IMG/VR virus record: IMGVR_UViG_3300025738_000008
Coordinates: 1-41,536 of that record
Length of the DNA: 41,536 bases
DNA from: a virus
Lineage: Duplodnaviria > Caudoviricetes
Strand: one strand, 5' to 3'
The first letter of the stretch is position 1, and the number at the start of each line of letters is the position of its first letter. Below, piece after piece: positions 36,940 through 41,536 of the stretch. The notes under the pieces are model-generated. The model worked only from the letters and a program-made list of their open reading frames with translations. It had not been told where the DNA came from and did no database searches. A program made the position numbers and the translations under genes.

Positions 36940-37934
36940 TACCACAATTTAGGATGAGTGGCCCAGGAGCTGATGTTATCAACAGCCGGCTAATATCATG
37001 GGAGAGAATTGATGCATCTGGAATTCAATCTGATCAAATAACTTTGACTGTAGATACAGCTGGGCAAACCGGCTTGCCCAAAGAGGGCGGTTCAATCCAC
37101 TGGTTCGAGGGTTACGATGGGAACTTGGTTGATAAAGGTGAATTTAAAATAACCCGTATAATCCCTAGGTTATTCCCACCCACAGTGACGATAGTCGCAA
37201 CATCAGCACCTTTTCAGGTCGATGATAAAACAAGATTTAAAGAACGGCGGACTCGTTCTTTTGAAAATATTTCATTGGCTGAACTGTTTCGCCATGTAGT
37301 TACAGCGCACGATTTCAGTCCGCGGGTTGCGTCTGAGTTTGAAAGTATTAAATTAGTTCACGTTGACCAAGTTGATGAAACGGACAGTGCATTTCTAACT
37401 CGTTTAGCTAAAGAGCGAGATGCAGTGGCCAAGCCCGTTAATAATCTTTATGTATTAGCGAGACGTGGTCAAATTAAAACCATGACAGGGCAAGACATAC
37501 CCTTAGTATCAATCGGTGTAGATAACAATAATGACCTGTCTGATCTTGGGCAGTTCATTAATTGCCAGTTGGATAAGCCAAGTCGTACAAACTTTAGCGG
37601 TGTAAAGGCTAAATGGACAGATAACAGCAGTGGTGAAGAGCACGCGGTGCAAGATGGTCAAGCGCCTTTCAAAAAGCTACGGCAGTCGTATGATAGTGAA
37701 TCTGTCGCTAAGCAGGCTTGTCGTTATGAATTAACTAAAGTTCAACGCCAAGGTTCGAATATTAGATTGGATTTACCTGGGGATCCTTATTTAGTCGCAG
37801 AGGGAATGTTAATGTTAAAAAACTCATTCCCACCAGAAATGATGGGGAATTGGTCTATTGATAAAGTAACCGCTAGAGGTGATACAAAGGGCGGTTATCG
37901 TTGCGCGGTTTTAGCTACACATACATCAAAATAA
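36930..37934 (+). CDS. Baseplate hub (P2 gpD-like)
   Basis: VDKGEF, DQVDETDSAFLTRLA, GDPYLVAE. Confidence 0.88.
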   Translation: MGLIPQFRMSGPGADVINSRLISWERIDASGIQSDQITLTVDTAGQTGLPKEGGSIHWFEGYDGNLVDKGEFKITRIIPRLFPPTVTIVATSAPFQVDDKTRFKERRTRSFENISLAELFRHVVTAHDFSPRVASEFESIKLVHVDQVDETDSAFLTRLAKERDAVAKPVNNLYVLARRGQIKTMTGQDIPLVSIGVDNNNDLSDLGQFINCQLDKPSRTNFSGVKAKWTDNSSGEEHAVQDGQAPFKKLRQSYDSESVAKQACRYELTKVQRQGSNIRLDLPGDPYLVAEGMLMLKNSFPPEMMGNWSIDKVTARGDTKGGYRCAVLATHTSK

Positions 37935-37938
37935 AAGT

Positions 37939-37965
37939 ACCTCAACTAATTATATTAGTTGAGGT
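37939..37965. terminator. 12-bp hairpin between convergent genes
   Basis: ACCTCAACTAAT-tat-ATTAGTTGAGGT. Confidence 0.75.
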
Positions 37966-37972
37966 TAATTAA

Positions 37973-38131
37973 TCATCCAGTCAACAAATTATCCTTCAAT
38001 TGTTTAGCTGCACGAATCAATATTTTACAGCAAATTATACTCATTTCTTCAGTCATAACCACGCCAGGTTCTGCTGCAGCTGCCATTAGTTCTAACTCAC
38101 CAACTGTCTTCATTATTTTCACATTCTTCAT
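37973..38131 (-). CDS. Small ORF, 52 aa, divergent from the XRE regulator (not in ORF track)
   Basis: MKNVKIMKTVGELELMAAAAEPGVVMTEEMSIICCKILIRAAKQLKDNLLTG; GGA upstream; ends at the hairpin. Confidence 0.6.
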   Translation of the reverse strand: MKNVKIMKTVGELELMAAAAEPGVVMTEEMSIICCKILIRAAKQLKDNLLTG

Positions 38132-38408
38132 ACAATTAATATCCGAATTTTTTTATATAAAGTTATATGCCTTACCCATATGACGTATTGCAATACCCAA
38201 TTAAACTTATATCATATTTGGTTATAAGCATCATATAATGGCATAAAACAGGTCTTATTTTAATATTTGTTTGTAATGTTTTGATTTTATGTAATTCTTT
38301 CAGGAATAACGATACCAACATTTTCTACCACTAAATAGTCAATTTAAATCAATGACGCCAATTTTGACGTGTTTGTAATTAATTCATGACAAAGTAGGCG
38401 CTGAAAAA

Positions 38409-38741
38409 ATGAGCAAAATAGATCCTGTCGTCTATGTCTTAAGAAAATATAGAGAAAAGGGTAATTTATCGCAGAGAGACATCGCGCTTAAAACAGGCAT
38501 TAGTGAACGAACAATTCAGCGAATTGAATCGGGCTATACAGATATGAAATTTAGTCAGTATAGATGTTATTTACGAGCACTTAAAATAACAGATATGGAT
38601 GTGTCCATAGCGATGTTATCTCATGAGTTTGCTACAGAAGGTGATATAGCAGCTGTCTCAAGACGTTTACCTGTCTGCCTACGGCAGGTTATATTTGATT
38701 TTTTGGATGAGTTAGCTCGTTATATAAGTCAGCGAAAGTGA
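38409..38741 (+). CDS. XRE-family HTH transcriptional regulator
   Basis: LSQRDIALKTGISERTIQRIESG. Confidence 0.88.
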   Translation: MSKIDPVVYVLRKYREKGNLSQRDIALKTGISERTIQRIESGYTDMKFSQYRCYLRALKITDMDVSIAMLSHEFATEGDIAAVSRRLPVCLRQVIFDFLDELARYISQRK

Positions 38742-38785
38742 AATAATCAATTTCACTGACTTACTAAAATGCTATCTAACGTTAC

Positions 38786-38863
38786 TTAAAAGCCAAGAAT
38801 AAGGGTTGAGAACGTAACGATTGTCACAATACATACAAGTTCAAATATAATGTGTTTCAGCAT
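38786..38863 (-). CDS. Possible 25-aa hydrophobic peptide
   Basis: MLKHIIFELVCIVTIVTFSTLILGF; ATG overlaps the end of the upstream ORF (ATGCTGA). Confidence 0.35.
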   Translation of the reverse strand: MLKHIIFELVCIVTIVTFSTLILGF

Positions 38864-39021
38864 GACGCAGACCCCGCTATAGTTTGGCAGCAGCATTTAG
38901 CGACAGCCTCGCCAAAGGCGTCGGGTAATGTTGCTAAGTACTCAGCTGCGATGTGTGCAGGTAGTGATGGAATATCTTGTAGAGGTGTAGCCTTAATTTT
39001 GGTATAGTCTGGTTTAGACAT
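38857..39021 (-). CDS. Small ORF, 54 aa (not in ORF track)
   Basis: AGGAG RBS 6 nt upstream; MSKPDYTKIKATPLQDIPSLPAHIAAEYLATLPDAFGEAVAKCCCQTIAGSASC. Confidence 0.6.
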   Translation of the reverse strand: MSKPDYTKIKATPLQDIPSLPAHIAAEYLATLPDAFGEAVAKCCCQTIAGSASC

Positions 39022-39052
39022 GATTATCTCCTGGCGGTTTTAGTTGTGTTTT

Positions 39053-39078
39053 AAACCCCAGTTAGCGCTGGGGTTTTT
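39053..39078. terminator. Hairpin terminator after parB
   Basis: AAACCCCAG-ttagcg-CTGGGGTTT. Confidence 0.75.
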
Positions 39079-39082
39079 CATA

Positions 39083-40042
39083 TCAGCAGTTTTTAAGAGC
39101 TTCTTCTGATAATGTTTTTGATATAAATGCTTCAATTTTTTCTAATGAGATTTCTGATACTTTAGGTATATTAAACGTGGCTTTACCGTTTTTTACTTTT
39201 ACTGTTGCTCCCATTGCTAGTTCCTTCGGTTTTTCGACGTTAACGATTTTTTTATTTAGACCGCACTCACTTTCAAATAATGTAATTAATTCCTCAGTAC
39301 CTAGCGTTCCTTTCTCGTTTCTCACCCACGAATCAAAAAAATCGATCACTTCATCTTTAGGTGTTGAAGGTTTGTTGTAAAGAGCAAATAAGGCTTCACC
39401 GCGCCTAGCACTCAATTCATTTGGAGATGATAAACAGCGAATAAATGACTTAGGCAGTGATGCTGTTTTTACACAGCGCATCATGGCTTTTCGAGTAAGT
39501 TTTATCGCATTTGAAACTTCTTCCTGAGTAGCTTGCGTTAATAATCGCGTGTATTTTTTACCTTTCTCATAAGCACTAGTCTCTTTATAAGTGTTTCCGA
39601 TCTCTGACAAATACGTCATTTGCTTGTCAGTTAAGTCACCAATCCACGCGAAGTATGGCTGTCGCGTTATGATTGCTGCGGCACGTCTAGAGCTACCATC
39701 TGCGATTTCGAATATACCGCACAACTCCCGGCCTTTGGCTGGCTCTTGTTGACCATTCTCTTCAAATGAAGGTATTAAGTGAGCTAGCGCGTGTTCATCA
39801 AGCAATTCTTGATCTCGCTCATTCTCCATCCAAACCATTGAACATCGTTGGATATCTTTAGGTTTAATTTCGATAAGTTTAAATGTAACTTCTTTACCCA
39901 AAACTTTTTGAGTCATGGTGTTATCTGCTGCAGCTGCTTTGGCTTCAAGCTTCTTTAATTGACGCTTATTCTTTTTACCTGCTGCTTCTACTGATACTGA
40001 ACTTGGAGTCAATTCGACTTCCACATCATTTTTAATACTCAT
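39083..40042 (-). CDS. parB: ParB/SopB centromere-binding protein
   Basis: NERDQELL, GQQEPA, IADGSSRR, SAYEKG, HTH, ELSARRG. Confidence 0.9.
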   Translation of the reverse strand: MSIKNDVEVELTPSSVSVEAAGKKNKRQLKKLEAKAAAADNTMTQKVLGKEVTFKLIEIKPKDIQRCSMVWMENERDQELLDEHALAHLIPSFEENGQQEPAKGRELCGIFEIADGSSRRAAAIITRQPYFAWIGDLTDKQMTYLSEIGNTYKETSAYEKGKKYTRLLTQATQEEVSNAIKLTRKAMMRCVKTASLPKSFIRCLSSPNELSARRGEALFALYNKPSTPKDEVIDFFDSWVRNEKGTLGTEELITLFESECGLNKKIVNVEKPKELAMGATVKVKNGKATFNIPKVSEISLEKIEAFISKTLSEEALKNC

Positions 40043-41202
40043 GAGTTACCCCATTGTGGTTTTATTAGTGTATTTAATAATTCATCAAAGGTGTTTTGAA
40101 ATACATCAGTCGCACGCTTCCAAGCCGCCGGACTAGAGCGTTGATCATCTGCTTGCTCATAAATAGATGCCATTCTGCGCTGGCCCTTACCTACCTCGTC
40201 TGTTACACGGATACCATTTATAAGTACCATGCCAGGCCACATTCTCATTAAATCATTTACATTTTGTTGGCTTGCGGAACCTGACGCGCCCAGCTTGGTT
40301 GGCAGAACGCGAACAAGGGGTTCGTGTGTTGTGTCTAGTTGAGAGTTTGGATTATAAATATCACCAATGAGACCCATTAGTTGCGCTGTTGAGTTGATGT
40401 CGTTAACTTCTGTTGATGTTGCAATTAAAGTAATATCAGAAGCGCAGATCATATTCATTGTGCCAATACCAAGGTCTGGATGGCCATCGATAATTATGAT
40501 GTCATAATTATCTGAAACCGTAGCAATACCCGCCTGCAGCATTGCGTGCGCTGGGTAGTCAATGTCAGCATCTTGAATTTCACGTTCTAGACGTTGCATC
40601 TGCAAGTGACTCGGGATGATTTCTAGTTTTGGCCAAGCAGTGCTTTTGATGCAATAGCTTAGATCATCTTCTTCACCCAGCATGAACGGCAACACGGTAT
40701 CATTGATGGTTGTATTTAACTCAGGGTGATAGCCGAAATACATCGATGCATGCGACTGTTGATCGATGTCTATTAGCAAAACGCGATAGCCCTTTAGTGA
40801 ACACCATTGTGCGAAACTCACTGCAGTACTGGTTTTGTAGCAACCGCCTTTACCACCTGGTATTGCGAGTGTGATCGGGCTTAACTCTGCAGTCTGATAT
40901 GGTTGAGTCTGAAAATGATCTCGCATCATATCCATTTGCTCAAGTGTGTACCCTTGGCGAATAGGGCGAGGGTTAACACCGTTGCTGTCGATATAATCTG
41001 CAGCTGGTAATCGCCCTTCTTTCTCAGCCTTTTCTATTGCTTGTCTTGATACATTTACATAGCTTGCAGCTGCATTAATCTTGAATCGGCGTTTTATTTT
41101 ACGAGCATCTGGTGAATCGTCACCAAATACAGCCTTAGCACGTCCTGCACTCCATTTGTTTGCTTCATCTATGCAGTCTTTCATTAGTTTTGTTAGTGAC
41201 AT
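40039..41202 (-). CDS. parA: ParA/SopA type Ia partition ATPase
   Basis: N-terminal HTH, KGGCYKTS deviant Walker A, VLLIDID, YDIIIIDGHP. Confidence 0.93.
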   Translation of the reverse strand: MSLTKLMKDCIDEANKWSAGRAKAVFGDDSPDARKIKRRFKINAAASYVNVSRQAIEKAEKEGRLPAADYIDSNGVNPRPIRQGYTLEQMDMMRDHFQTQPYQTAELSPITLAIPGGKGGCYKTSTAVSFAQWCSLKGYRVLLIDIDQQSHASMYFGYHPELNTTINDTVLPFMLGEEDDLSYCIKSTAWPKLEIIPSHLQMQRLEREIQDADIDYPAHAMLQAGIATVSDNYDIIIIDGHPDLGIGTMNMICASDITLIATSTEVNDINSTAQLMGLIGDIYNPNSQLDTTHEPLVRVLPTKLGASGSASQQNVNDLMRMWPGMVLINGIRVTDEVGKGQRRMASIYEQADDQRSSPAAWKRATDVFQNTFDELLNTLIKPQWGNS

Positions 41203-41536
41203 TTGATCTCCTGGCTCGTTTTGGGTTGCTTATTATAATTACACGGTCAACAAAAAAGAGCAACTAATTAATTAATGGGCAACCTAATTAATTTGACCAT
41301 AATCACAATAGAACGATTATAAAAACCACCTGGTTTCACTGATTCCTGTTTATTATAATTTAGAAACAATAGGTTAGTGTTTTTAAGTGGTCGGTAAACT
41401 GAATTTTTAATGTAATAAATTAAAGGGTTTCACATTCACTGTACTAATAATGACTAACTAGATTTATGACGAACTGTATTTACCGATTACATTTAAAAAA
41501 ACATAAATTTAACTGCACCAGAGCGTGGTTTTCGTG

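Larger units (their letters stand above)
1..41536. mobile_element. N15/VP882-like linear plasmid prophage (temperate myovirus), near-complete
   Basis: Protelomerase, RepA primase-helicase, cI/cro/Q, ParAB, lysis, lambda-like head and P2-like tail genes are all present. No integrase or host housekeeping genes seen. telN and parA lie at opposite ends, as in the linear prophage map. Confidence 0.93.

Noticed and set aside
37959-38183. 74-aa plus-strand ORF in the track
   Set aside because: Starts inside the terminator hairpin with no RBS; the minus-strand 52-aa ORF fits the layout better.
1-41536. CRISPR array, tRNA, IS element, integrase, reverse transcriptase/DGR, LuxR/VqmA-type receptor
   Set aside because: No regularly spaced repeats, cloverleaf, transposase, integrase, RT or PAS/LuxR motifs seen by eye.

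Overview
The window is an essentially complete temperate myovirus prophage (~41.5 kb, AT-rich) of the N15/PY54/VP882-type linear plasmid class, probably from a marine gammaproteobacterium (host is inference). Gene order matches the linear prophage map. It runs: protelomerase telN (reading frame open from base 1), a membrane-protein moron, a large primase-helicase repA, cI/cro immunity, antiterminator Q, rdgC, ssb and an accessory region. Then come a Q-type late promoter and terminator, a com-like zinc ribbon with a DNA methyltransferase, holin, SAR endolysin and spanins, a cos-like site, lambda-like head genes, a P2-like contractile tail, an XRE regulator with a divergent small ORF, and parB-parA. 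Signals not in the ORF track: (1) two NrdR-box-like sites 31 bp apart overlapping the late promoter; (2) three identical sopC-like palindromes inside coding genes; (3) a 41-aa Com-like ORF with GAGTACC repeats on a hairpin hiding the methyltransferase RBS; (4) an XRE-TF/52-aa small-ORF module; (5) a two-membrane-peptide + HTH cassette with its own promoter and operators; (6) a leader ORF and candidate antisense RNA in front of repA; (7) two structured non-coding regions. No telRL palindrome is visible. All calls come from manual motif reading; no database searches were run.
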